A stretch of DNA of 43,066 bases from Candidatus Iainarchaeum sp. (lineage in GTDB: Archaea > B1Sed10-29 > WALL01), in assembly GCA_021162685.1 (NCBI GenBank), contig JAGGYF010000044.1, positions 1-43,066 on the forward strand. The letters are read 5' to 3'. Below the pieces are notes generated by a model, which did no database searches, was not told where the DNA came from, and worked only from the letters and a program-made list of their open reading frames with translations. The translations under genes and the position numbers were made by a program. How positions within the stretch are numbered: the first letter of the stretch is position 1; each line of letters opens with the position of its first letter. This document shows positions 34,579 through 43,066 of this stretch, in pieces.

Positions 34579-36024
34579 ATGAGCCATTTTGATACTCTTG
34601 TTGATATCTGCCTAAAGAGAGGGATAATCTATCCTGACTCAGAGATTCACGGAAGCCTATCTGGTTTCTATGACTATGGTAGCATTGGCTATGAAATAAA
34701 AAGGAGATGGGAAGAAGCGTGGAGAAAGCATTTCCTTAAACTACACCCCAATTTTCATGAAATACAAACAACAACCATTATGCCAATGAATGTTTTCAAA
34801 GCATCTGGCCACCTTGAGCATTTTTATGACCCAATAGCAGAATGCCCTCACTGTGGAACAAAGGTAAGGGCAGACCACTTATTAGAGGATTACCTAGGTG
34901 AAAAGTTTGAGGGATTAACAACAAAAGAACTCAATGAATTGATGAAAAAACATAATATTGTATGCCCCAAATGCAAGAAACCATTTAAAGAGATTGAAAA
35001 CTTCACACTTATGTTCTCTGTTGACGTTGGTGCAGGTGATGACAAAAAAGTTGCATATCTAAGGCCAGAAACAGCACAGGGTCCTTACACAGCATTCAAA
35101 AGAGAGTTCAGAGCGAACAGAGAAAAATTACCATTGGGATTAGCAATCATAGGAAAAGCGTTCAGAAATGAGATCTCCCCCAGGCAATTTGTTATAAGAA
35201 CTAGAGAATTTACACAGGCAGAACTTCAGATATTTTTTGACCCAGAGAGCCTACCAGAAGTACCGTTTGATAAAATCAAGGCATATAAGTTGAGGTTGCT
35301 TCCCCAGGGAGAAAAAGGGATTATAGAACTAACATGCGAAGAAGCAGTAAAACGTACGGGAATGGAGCCATTCTTCATATACTTTATGGCAATGAGCCAA
35401 CTCTTTATGGAAAAAATGGGATTACTAGAGCATTTCAGATTCAAACAGCTTTCTGACGAGGAGAAAGCATTTTACAACAAATATCATTGGGATCTTGAAA
35501 TAAACATGCCGAGTTTTGGAAAATGGATTGAGGTTGCAGGTTTTCACTACAGAACAGACCATGACTTGAGGGGGCACGCAGAGGTTTCAAAGCAGAAGTT
35601 GAATATACCAGGCAAAAACTACGTTCCCCATGTTCTTGAACTAAGTTTTGGCGTTGATAGGAACATCTTTGCTTTACTTGACTGTAATCTAAAACAGAAA
35701 AAGGACCAGTGGTATTTTGCTCTGCCACCAATAGTGGCTCCGTATGATGTTGCTGTTTTCCCACTGGTAAACAAGGACAGGCTTCCAGAGAGGGCAAGAG
35801 AGATCTATTACTCCTTAAACACAACATTCAAGGTATTCTATGATGACTCTGGTTCTATAGGAAGGCGCTATGCAAGAGTTGATGAGATAGGTGTTCCCCT
35901 AGCAGTGACTGTGGATTTCCAGACATTAGAGGACGATACTGTTACATTAAGAGATAGAGATACTGGCAACCAGATAAGAGTAGAAATAAACAAACTAAAT
36001 GATAAGATAGCTGGTGTTTTTTGA
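34579..36024 (+). CDS. glyS: Glycine--tRNA ligase (archaeal/eukaryotic alpha2 type)
   Basis: LRPETAQG, FRNEISPR..RTREFTQAE, ELSFGVDR and the anticodon domain SGSIGRRYARVDEIG. Confidence 0.97.
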   Translation: MSHFDTLVDICLKRGIIYPDSEIHGSLSGFYDYGSIGYEIKRRWEEAWRKHFLKLHPNFHEIQTTTIMPMNVFKASGHLEHFYDPIAECPHCGTKVRADHLLEDYLGEKFEGLTTKELNELMKKHNIVCPKCKKPFKEIENFTLMFSVDVGAGDDKKVAYLRPETAQGPYTAFKREFRANREKLPLGLAIIGKAFRNEISPRQFVIRTREFTQAELQIFFDPESLPEVPFDKIKAYKLRLLPQGEKGIIELTCEEAVKRTGMEPFFIYFMAMSQLFMEKMGLLEHFRFKQLSDEEKAFYNKYHWDLEINMPSFGKWIEVAGFHYRTDHDLRGHAEVSKQKLNIPGKNYVPHVLELSFGVDRNIFALLDCNLKQKKDQWYFALPPIVAPYDVAVFPLVNKDRLPERAREIYYSLNTTFKVFYDDSGSIGRRYARVDEIGVPLAVTVDFQTLEDDTVTLRDRDTGNQIRVEINKLNDKIAGVF

Positions 36025-36566
36025 TGGAGTTCGTTCTAAAGGATGGTAGGATAGTTGAGATAAGACCCTTACAGCCAACAGACGATGTTTTTGATCTATG
36101 CAGATTCATAAACGAATTAATTGAAGAGAAAAGCTATATAGCGATGAACGAAAAGATAACACCAGAAAGTGAAGCAAAATGGCTTGAGAACCAAATAGAT
36201 AAGATGAGACATGATGAACTAATTGATTTCCGCGCGTTTCTAGATGGAAGGTGTGTAGGAGGGGCAGAGGCCCGAAGGGGAAAATGGAAGGAGAGAGATA
36301 ATGTTGAGTTGGGTATTGCTCTCTCTAAGGAAGTTAGAGGGCAGGGCTTAGGAAGGAAGCTCCTGATGGAACTAATAAAAGAAGTAAAGAAGAAATGGAA
36401 ACCAAAACACATCTACCTATCGGTCACAGAAGGAAACGAACCTGCAAAGAAGCTATATGAAGGCCTTGGTTTTAAGGAGTTTGCTAGGTTCCCAGAGTGG
36501 GTCAACCACTATGGCGTATACAAAGATAGGATATGGATGGAATTTGCTATTCAGAAAAACTTTTAA
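36024..36566 (+). CDS. GNAT-family acetyltransferase
   Basis: LKDGRIVEIRPL, VRGQGLG, N.PAKKLYEGLGF. Confidence 0.9.
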   Translation: MEFVLKDGRIVEIRPLQPTDDVFDLCRFINELIEEKSYIAMNEKITPESEAKWLENQIDKMRHDELIDFRAFLDGRCVGGAEARRGKWKERDNVELGIALSKEVRGQGLGRKLLMELIKEVKKKWKPKHIYLSVTEGNEPAKKLYEGLGFKEFARFPEWVNHYGVYKDRIWMEFAIQKNF

Positions 36567-36589
36567 ATTCTGCAGGTTTATTCTTAATC

Positions 36590-37396
36590 ATGATAAAAGT
36601 AGGAACAGCAGGAGCACCAATAAGCTCAAAGAAGCAGACAACATTTGATGGAATAGAAAGAATTAAAGAGCTTGGATTAGATGCAATGGAAATTGAGTTC
36701 ACACATGGCGTTAGGATGGGCAAGGAAACCGCGAAAAAGCTTGGTGAGCATAACAAGTCGTTGGGCATTGCACTTTCAGTTCATGGCCCATATTATATTA
36801 ACCTCAACTCCAAAGAAGCGAAGAAGATAAAGGATTCAGAACAACGGATTCTTGATTCAGCAGAGAGAGGTCACCTTATGGGTGCGAGGAACATTGTTTT
36901 CCATCCTGGATTTTATTCTGGGAAGAAGCCAGAAGAAGCATATGATATAATGAGACAAGAGATGGAGGACCTTGTGCAAGTAGTAGAAGAAAGAGGATGG
37001 AATGTGAGGTTATGTCCAGAAACCACAGGCAAGCTCAGGCAATTTGGCAACTGGAAGGAATTAATAAATCTTTGTAAGGACGTTGATGGTTTGGGTATGA
37101 CATTTGACTGGGCACACGTATGGGCAAGAGAAAAAGGAAAAGTAAACTTTGATGATGTGTTTAAGACAATAAAAAAGGAGTTGGGGTCAAAATTCTTGAA
37201 GGACATGCACATGCATTTCTCAGGAATAGAGTGGAATAAAGGAGGGGAATGGCATCATCTTAATCTGAACGAGTCAAAGGTGCCTGTGAAAGAGTGGGTA
37301 AGGGTGATGAAGAAGTACAAGATAGCAGGGACATTGATATGTGAAAGCCCAAACCTAGAAACCGATGCATTAAAAATGAAAAAGCTACTCTCCTGA
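36590..37396 (+). CDS. nfo: Endonuclease IV-like TIM-barrel protein (archaeal type)
   Basis: GTAG.P, SVHGPYYINL, FHPG, PETTGK, DWAH, HMHFSGIE, ICESP. Start at ATG 36590. Confidence 0.88.
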   Translation: MIKVGTAGAPISSKKQTTFDGIERIKELGLDAMEIEFTHGVRMGKETAKKLGEHNKSLGIALSVHGPYYINLNSKEAKKIKDSEQRILDSAERGHLMGARNIVFHPGFYSGKKPEEAYDIMRQEMEDLVQVVEERGWNVRLCPETTGKLRQFGNWKELINLCKDVDGLGMTFDWAHVWAREKGKVNFDDVFKTIKKELGSKFLKDMHMHFSGIEWNKGGEWHHLNLNESKVPVKEWVRVMKKYKIAGTLICESPNLETDALKMKKLLS

Positions 37397-38692
37397 TTCT
37401 TCGGTTATATCCTTTATTCTTGACGTGAGCAGATTATTCACTTCTTTTATGATTTCCTCTGCCTTTTCTGGTGGGAGTTGTTTTTCAAGTTCGTCCATTG
37501 TTGTCTCATATAAATCATTAAAATGCTCTTTGTATTCTCCTCCAAATTTCTTTATGAAATTAAACACACTGTTTACCAATGAGTGTGTTCCATATAATTC
37601 AGAAGTGTCTACATAGACCAACCTATTGTTCTCTGTATCAATGCCAAAGTTTCCTGGGTGAACATCTATAGGTATGCACTTAGATTCTGCTTGAATAAAC
37701 ATCTTTACGAATTCTGGTATAAACTCCTTAACTTTGGGATATGGCAATCTCTCCTCTGCTGATTTAACCCATCTATATTTTTTCATTACTTTTGGGCGTT
37801 GCTTTGGCCTAGATATCACTTCTATGGCTTTACCGTCAAGGGTCAGCTGTTTCCATTTTTTTGCCCTCATACCCTCAAAGGGTTTTTCACCCTCTCTCTT
37901 AAAGTATTCTTGTACCACAATATTCGGGACAAATTCAAATACTTGAACAGGACCAGCATCAAAGGTCATTTGTATACCATATAATCGCGGAACTTGATAT
38001 TCAACTTCCTTCTGGGCTATGTTCTTCAACTCTTTTCGTAATTCTGGCCGTTCTTTTTTGATGTTCTTGAGTATATTTCTGAACTCGTCAAATCTCGCTT
38101 TTGCCTTTTTGCTAATGTTTAGGTATTTATTGATCTCCCTTTCTATATACATTAAGTCCTCTTCCTTCTTTATTCTCTCTTCTTCATCTTCTGTCTCACT
38201 AATCTCCCTCAGTTTCTCAGCATATTCCCTTCCTAGCGCACGGAGTTCTTTCATCTGTTCATCCATCTTGTGCAATTCCTCAGATATTGTTTCTAGGTCT
38301 GATGTATCTACTCCTTTCTCTTTGAGAAAGTTTATCGTCTTGTTTACAACATAGGAGTCAGGCACTGTACCAAGCGCTGTTTTTATTTTGTTGTGGGCTC
38401 TCAACTGTTTTCTTGCTTCTTCAAGTGCCCTTTTGTACGATTCGTTATCTACAATAGGTATTCCTCTACCCAGTTTTTTTATTACAAGTGGATGTTTCAA
38501 ATCAGCAAGCAGGTATACATCAAATGTTTTTCCCCTTCCTATAAGGAAGACCTTTTCAGGTTCCTCATTAACCATCCTACTTGCTTTTATAAGGTCAGCA
38601 ATAATGCTTTTTTTCTCCTTTTCCTCTTTCCGTGCTCTCTCCAACTTCTTTTTTCTATACTTTGTTGGCTCTCTAACCTCAAAAAATCCCAT
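37385..38692 (-). CDS. Orphan kinase-like protein with a large coiled-coil insertion
   Basis: IGRGKTFDVY, LVIKK, VPRLYG, FEFVP, IDVHPGNFG, LVYVD. Confidence 0.65.
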   Translation of the reverse strand: MGFFEVREPTKYRKKKLERARKEEKEKKSIIADLIKASRMVNEEPEKVFLIGRGKTFDVYLLADLKHPLVIKKLGRGIPIVDNESYKRALEEARKQLRAHNKIKTALGTVPDSYVVNKTINFLKEKGVDTSDLETISEELHKMDEQMKELRALGREYAEKLREISETEDEEERIKKEEDLMYIEREINKYLNISKKAKARFDEFRNILKNIKKERPELRKELKNIAQKEVEYQVPRLYGIQMTFDAGPVQVFEFVPNIVVQEYFKREGEKPFEGMRAKKWKQLTLDGKAIEVISRPKQRPKVMKKYRWVKSAEERLPYPKVKEFIPEFVKMFIQAESKCIPIDVHPGNFGIDTENNRLVYVDTSELYGTHSLVNSVFNFIKKFGGEYKEHFNDLYETTMDELEKQLPPEKAEEIIKEVNNLLTSRIKDITEESGE

Positions 38693-38725
38693 ACATTTCT
38701 TTTTAGAAGAAGGATGTATAAAAGC

Positions 38726-38947
38726 TCACACTGTTTCCAGTTTAAAGAGGACACCACATCCCTTCAGTGTTTCTTGTACCTTCTCGCCTAAGGCGAGTGC
38801 GTCCTCTACATTTGCGTGTTTCCCCCAATCATACACAAAGTCGTAGTTGCCTTTCACTGGTCTGAAACCCATTGACATAAGGCGTTCTGTTACTTCAGAG
38901 ACTGTTTCCCCTTCACTGTTGAACCAGATTACAAGATGGGTTTTCAT
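38726..38947 (-). CDS. Small conserved-looking archaeal protein
   Basis: MKTHLVIWFNSEG..MGFRPVKGNYDFVYDW..LKGCGVLFKLETV; alpha/beta pattern. Confidence 0.75.
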   Translation of the reverse strand: MKTHLVIWFNSEGETVSEVTERLMSMGFRPVKGNYDFVYDWGKHANVEDALALGEKVQETLKGCGVLFKLETV

Positions 38948-39107
38948 AGGTTTAGTTATGTTAGCCATCTATTTTAAATAGTATGTAATATTGCAAATAT
39001 CATTTAGACCATTTGTAAAGACAATTTTGGAATATATTTACAATAATATGAACAAATGTTCAATTATATGCCGATAAGTATATATATTTGTTCATCTATA
39101 ATAATAT

Positions 39108-39306
39108 GTGCCCACCCTGAACCCGATTTCATTGTGGGCACCAACGGCTATGCCGGAGGTGTTCCCATGGAAAGAGATAACCCCCTAAATGAATATATGA
39201 AGCGAGGTGATCGCCAAAGAATCTCTGAAAACACCCGTCGCTCTATCATTTTTAGAGGGCAGTATTTTAGATACCCTCAACACGGAAGCAGGACTGCGTA
39301 TTGGTG
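39108..39306 (+). ncRNA. Candidate structured ncRNA
   Basis: TATATATA at 39079-39086; hairpin GTGCCCAC/GTGGGCAC; nested GGTGTT/AACACC and AGAGAT/ATCTCT pairs; pyrimidine tract 39308-39329. Confidence 0.5.
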
Positions 39307-39366
39307 ATTCCTCCTTCCCTTCTCTTTCTGTATCCTATTTATATGTGCTGTGAATAACCTATATAC

Positions 39367-40509
39367 ATGAGAATAGCATTCTTCACAGAGACATTTTTCC
39401 CCCAGATTAATGGCGTTTCAACAAGCATTGCTAGTTTTGCAAAGGAACTTGTTAAACAGGGACATGAGGTTGAACTATTCGCTCCAGCACCAGGTCCATC
39501 ATCGTTTGAGGACATACCTGTACATAGATTCCGTTCGTTCACATTTAAACCCTATCCTGAATTTAGAGCGACATTGCCAGTCTTGCGTGTGAGCAAGATT
39601 ATGAAAGGAAAAACATTTGATATTGTTCATACCCATGGGCCATTTGCTATGGGGTGGTTAGGGCAGAAGATTGCGAAGAAGTATGACATCCCTTCTGTGT
39701 CAACGTTTCATACTCCCATATCAGACTACGTACAATACCTCTTTGGTAAAAGAAAACGTTTGGTTCTATTTGGCAAGCATATTGCATGGAAGTACACAGT
39801 ATTCCATTATAACTCATATGACATGGTTTTGACACCAAGTTATGCTATAAAACATCTGCTTATGGAAAAAGGAGTTAAAGCGCCAATTGAGGTTATCCGG
39901 ACAGGTATTGACCTCAGACAATTTGATTCTGTCAAGAAATCAGATAAGATAAAGGAAGCATATGGCCTAGACCAATACATCCTCCATACTGGGCGCCTTA
40001 GCTATGAAAAGAATATAAGCGATGTGATAAGGGCAATGCCTTCTATAATAAAAGAAAAACCCTCTGTGAAGTTGGTTATTACAAGCAAAGGGCCAATATT
40101 TAACGAACTGAAAGCATTGGTTTCAGAGTTGAATCTGAAATCAAACATTATATTCACAGGATATGTTGAGAATGATGATCTTATAAGGCTATACAAATCA
40201 GCTGAGTGCGCGGTTATAGCATCTGAGGCAGAGACACAGGGCATAGTAATTCTTGAGGAGATGGCATGCTCACTTCCTGTTGTTGGTGCGAATTACTTAG
40301 CAATACCAGAAACAATTGAAGATGGGAAGAATGGATTTTTGTTTGAGTTACATGATGAAAAGCAGATGGCAGAGAAAATACTAACCATTCTGGATAGCAA
40401 ACGAACAAGGAATAAGCTCTCAAAGAATGCCAGAAAAACAGCAGAGCAAAACACCATAGAAAAATGGACAAAAAAACTTGTGCAGATATATGAAAAATTA
40501 AATGAGTGA
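39367..40509 (+). CDS. GT4-family glycosyltransferase
   Basis: TETFFPQINGVSTS, GRLSYEKN, SEAETQGIVILEEMA. Confidence 0.93.
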   Translation: MRIAFFTETFFPQINGVSTSIASFAKELVKQGHEVELFAPAPGPSSFEDIPVHRFRSFTFKPYPEFRATLPVLRVSKIMKGKTFDIVHTHGPFAMGWLGQKIAKKYDIPSVSTFHTPISDYVQYLFGKRKRLVLFGKHIAWKYTVFHYNSYDMVLTPSYAIKHLLMEKGVKAPIEVIRTGIDLRQFDSVKKSDKIKEAYGLDQYILHTGRLSYEKNISDVIRAMPSIIKEKPSVKLVITSKGPIFNELKALVSELNLKSNIIFTGYVENDDLIRLYKSAECAVIASEAETQGIVILEEMACSLPVVGANYLAIPETIEDGKNGFLFELHDEKQMAEKILTILDSKRTRNKLSKNARKTAEQNTIEKWTKKLVQIYEKLNE

Positions 40510-40512
40510 GGC

Positions 40513-40734
40513 CTAGAACACGGCCTCTTCATCTATTCCTGAACCAAATTCTGATGTATCATTCAACTCTTCGCCAGTTCCTACGTCCTCTACTTGGGGG
40601 ATGTCTGCTTCAGATATCCCTATGTCCTCTGATACGCTTTGCTCTTGTTCCTGTTCTATGTTTTGTTTCTGTGTCCCTACACATCCCAGTGTTAGGATCA
40701 AAAGAACAATTGGCAGCAATACAATCAGTTTCAT
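40513..40734 (-). CDS. Small putative lipoprotein with acidic tail
   Basis: MKLIVLLPIVLLILTLGC lipobox-like signal followed by an acidic tail. Confidence 0.7.
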   Translation of the reverse strand: MKLIVLLPIVLLILTLGCVGTQKQNIEQEQEQSVSEDIGISEADIPQVEDVGTGEELNDTSEFGSGIDEEAVF

Positions 40735-40736
40735 TG

Positions 40737-42227
40737 TTACACCTCCTGTGTCCTAATCCTTCCAATTGGTTCTTCTGGCATTTTCTCTCCCTCATGTTCT
40801 CTGGTTCTAAAGGTGTTCCTTATCTCTCTGAGTCTTTGTAGTTCTTCTGGTTTCACCCCTATAAGGTTGCTTTCATTAAGCCTTCTGATCCTTTTTATCC
40901 TTATGGCTTCTATCGGTGTAGGCTTTTTCAGATTCATCTCTTTCAGTTTCCTGAGTTCTCTCCTCTGCTTTATCTGCTTCACTAGTTTTCTTGCTTCTTC
41001 TTCTGATAATTTTATTGGTTTTCCTGGTTTCTTAATGGTGATATTTTTGTACCTTTCCCTGACGTTTCTGATAACTTTGGGCAATGCAACTACCCTCTTC
41101 TTTGCTCGCTCAACTCTTCCAACTGAAAGGTCTCTCTCCATTCCTGTCATCAATGTTCGCATCCTTTCTGCCTTGTCCATAACATCTATTACTTCATCTT
41201 CAGAAGCGCCCCTCTTTCTTAGTAGTGCAATCCTTCTCTCAACAGCCTTTAGCTTTTTGGCCATGAGTCTATGTATTCTGACCCTTTCTTTTGCTAGGTA
41301 TGCTCTTCTTAACCTTACCCATTTCTTCATCGCTTCTCTTCTAATCTGCCTTGCTTTTGTCCAGTTCCCTTCTTCAATTGCCTGTGCATATTCGTCTCTC
41401 AATGCCTTGTACTCTTCAAGGATTGCATCCAATTTTGTTGTGTTGAATCCTAGGTTGTAAAGCCTTGCAATCTTCTGCTCTGCTAAGCATAGATGTAAGT
41501 CAAATACCGCAAGTGCAACCTCGTTAACTTTTGTTTTGTATTCGTCTTCATCCTCTTTTAATTCCTCCCTCTTTTCCTTTATCTTATCTTTTACATATGT
41601 TGCAACTTCTTCCCTGTTTTCTTCAAGTTCTGCGATCTCATGTGCCTTTTCTCTGAATTCCCTTATCTTTTGCCTTATCTCCCTCACTTTTTCATTGTAG
41701 TCTCCCTTGTCTTCTATTGTGTTAAGTTCATCCAACATTGATTTCACACTATCCCTTATCTCTTCCAATTCTGCTGTATCAGCGCCATACTCCTCTGCTT
41801 TTTCTATTATTGCATCCATACCTGCAATCTTTATCTCAATGTCAATTCTATCCTTTGTTTTTCTGATTGAGAACCTTATTGGTTCTCCAATCTCCTGTCG
41901 TATCTCATCTATTCCTTTTTTGAACTCAAGTCTACACTGATTTACTGGTCTCTGTACGATTGGTGGTGTCAGTTCCTTCTCTGCATCTGGGTCGCATTCG
42001 CCTCCATATGCCACTTCTACCCCTGCTTGTGCTGCGAGACATTCGTTGCTGTACGTTTTTCCATCCTCTCCACACACTGGCTCGTATTCTGTTGTACACA
42101 TACCTGTTTCCGCATCCACACCTAACTCCTCTGCTGTAGCAGTTGTTACTTCTGTGGTCACTTGCTCCTCAGCAACAACCAGTGGCGCGAATACGAGTAG
42201 TATTCCTATAAGCATCCAGATCCTCAT
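40737..42227 (-). CDS. Secreted Kazal-domain protein with long coiled-coil region
   Basis: Signal peptide from ATG 42227 (GGTGA RBS); Kazal motif CTTEYEPVCGEDGKTYSNEC..GEC; then about 400 aa of helical E/K/R sequence. Confidence 0.85.
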   Translation of the reverse strand: MRIWMLIGILLVFAPLVVAEEQVTTEVTTATAEELGVDAETGMCTTEYEPVCGEDGKTYSNECLAAQAGVEVAYGGECDPDAEKELTPPIVQRPVNQCRLEFKKGIDEIRQEIGEPIRFSIRKTKDRIDIEIKIAGMDAIIEKAEEYGADTAELEEIRDSVKSMLDELNTIEDKGDYNEKVREIRQKIREFREKAHEIAELEENREEVATYVKDKIKEKREELKEDEDEYKTKVNEVALAVFDLHLCLAEQKIARLYNLGFNTTKLDAILEEYKALRDEYAQAIEEGNWTKARQIRREAMKKWVRLRRAYLAKERVRIHRLMAKKLKAVERRIALLRKRGASEDEVIDVMDKAERMRTLMTGMERDLSVGRVERAKKRVVALPKVIRNVRERYKNITIKKPGKPIKLSEEEARKLVKQIKQRRELRKLKEMNLKKPTPIEAIRIKRIRRLNESNLIGVKPEELQRLREIRNTFRTREHEGEKMPEEPIGRIRTQEV

Positions 42228-42300
42228 GTAATCACCCCATACCTTATTCTTCTTTACATAGATATATACCTTTTTATTTTCTGGATGCAAAAATAGAACC

Positions 42301-42486
42301 ATGGACAACTTTGTTGTACTCATAGGTGCAATTGCATTCCTTAGGGGCTTGCAGTATGTTATATCCCCACAGTATATACGTATGACAATTGAGAAATGGC
42401 AGAAGATGGATAATACTACCTACCGCCTTTTCGGTGCATTTGCTATCGCAGTTGGTGCTTTCATTGTCTATTTGGGTGTGGCCTAG
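42301..42486 (+). CDS. Small two-TM protein (DUF2065-like)
   Basis: G...ISP..R..IEKW..YRLFG....G pattern. Confidence 0.65.
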   Translation: MDNFVVLIGAIAFLRGLQYVISPQYIRMTIEKWQKMDNTTYRLFGAFAIAVGAFIVYLGVA

Positions 42487-42944
42487 TGTTGCTCAGCAAA
42501 GCAATTGAGATTGCCTCTAAAGAAGATTCAGAACTTCTTGCTAGAGGGTTCTATCTGACATCAGCAATCACAACACTAGATAGTTTTGATGAGAAACCAA
42601 CATGGAGTTTGATCTATTTCAAACCAGAAACAGGAAAAGTGTTAAGCGTAGCAGTGAGTAAAGATAGGGTGGGAGTAGGAGAGGTTTCAGAACCATTAGT
42701 TAGAAATCATTACGAGAGACTTGACGTATCTGGAAACCTATCATCAGACAAGATCATAGACATCATGAAGAAGAAGTTGTCAGAAAAGCAGATAAAACCT
42801 GTTAAGATTGTGATCACATTGAGAAGTAACAAATGGCGAACAATTATCGTTACGTCAAATCTAAAATTTGTGAACATAGATATTGATCCAAAAACAGGAA
42901 ACATAACGCTTTTTGAGATTTCAAGTGTGACAAAAAGGGTATAG
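42486..42944 (+). CDS. Hypothetical protein, PepSY-like repeats possible
   Basis: WSLIYF.PETGK and IDIDPKTGNI motifs. Confidence 0.65.
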   Translation: MLLSKAIEIASKEDSELLARGFYLTSAITTLDSFDEKPTWSLIYFKPETGKVLSVAVSKDRVGVGEVSEPLVRNHYERLDVSGNLSSDKIIDIMKKKLSEKQIKPVKIVITLRSNKWRTIIVTSNLKFVNIDIDPKTGNITLFEISSVTKRV

Positions 42945-42954
42945 GGGGAGTTAA

Positions 42955-43066
42955 GCAGCAATCTTTATCCCTAGTTCTCTTTTCAGTTCTCTATCAACCT
43001 TTTTCCTTTCGCTTTGCTCAAGCAAAAAGCTTGACCAAAAAGTGCTGCTACGCAGCAATCTTTATC
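42955..43066 (-). repeat. Hairpin cassette bracketed by a direct repeat of a probable gene 3' end
   Basis: GCAGCAATCTTTATC at 42955-42969 and 43052-43066 (may extend past the window). The interval contains TTTTTGGTCAAGCTTTTT..AAAAAGGTTGAT on the minus strand. Confidence 0.65.

Noticed and set aside
39056..39307. 83-aa ORF as a protein gene
   Set aside because: It starts upstream of the TATA element, has atypical composition and coincides with the structured RNA candidate.
10331..41460. Long antisense ORFs such as 10331-11056, 18845-19525, 32179-32862 and 40813-41460
   Set aside because: S/F/L-rich shadow frames opposite well-supported genes.

Overview
AT-rich, gene-dense archaeal chromosomal segment. 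GGTGA ribosome-binding sites, TATA promoters, L40e/L41e/L35Ae, Nop5/fibrillarin, TBP, Trm1 and archaeal GlyRS identify the domain; a DPANN-like lineage is my inference. It carries about 60 CDS (a pyrD-K-C-E-F operon, tmk, rnhB, ribK, nadM, many orphans), three tRNAs (Glu, Leu, Ala) and two frameshifted genes. The main unexplained signal is a ~440 nt intergenic region on the minus strand (22192-22634). It has its own TATA box and U-tract and is built from three tandem copies of one RNA fold with invariant motifs and compensatory stem changes, directly downstream of a PD-(D/E)XK nuclease-like gene. Other notable items: small hairpin cassettes that duplicate tRNA or gene ends and share an ACAAG loop or a TTTTG..CTTTT/AAAAAG stem, a single-repeat half-TBP, two orphan kinase-like proteins, a second candidate ncRNA (~39108-39306) and a HEAT-like repeat protein. 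All calls come from reading the sequence; no database searches were run.
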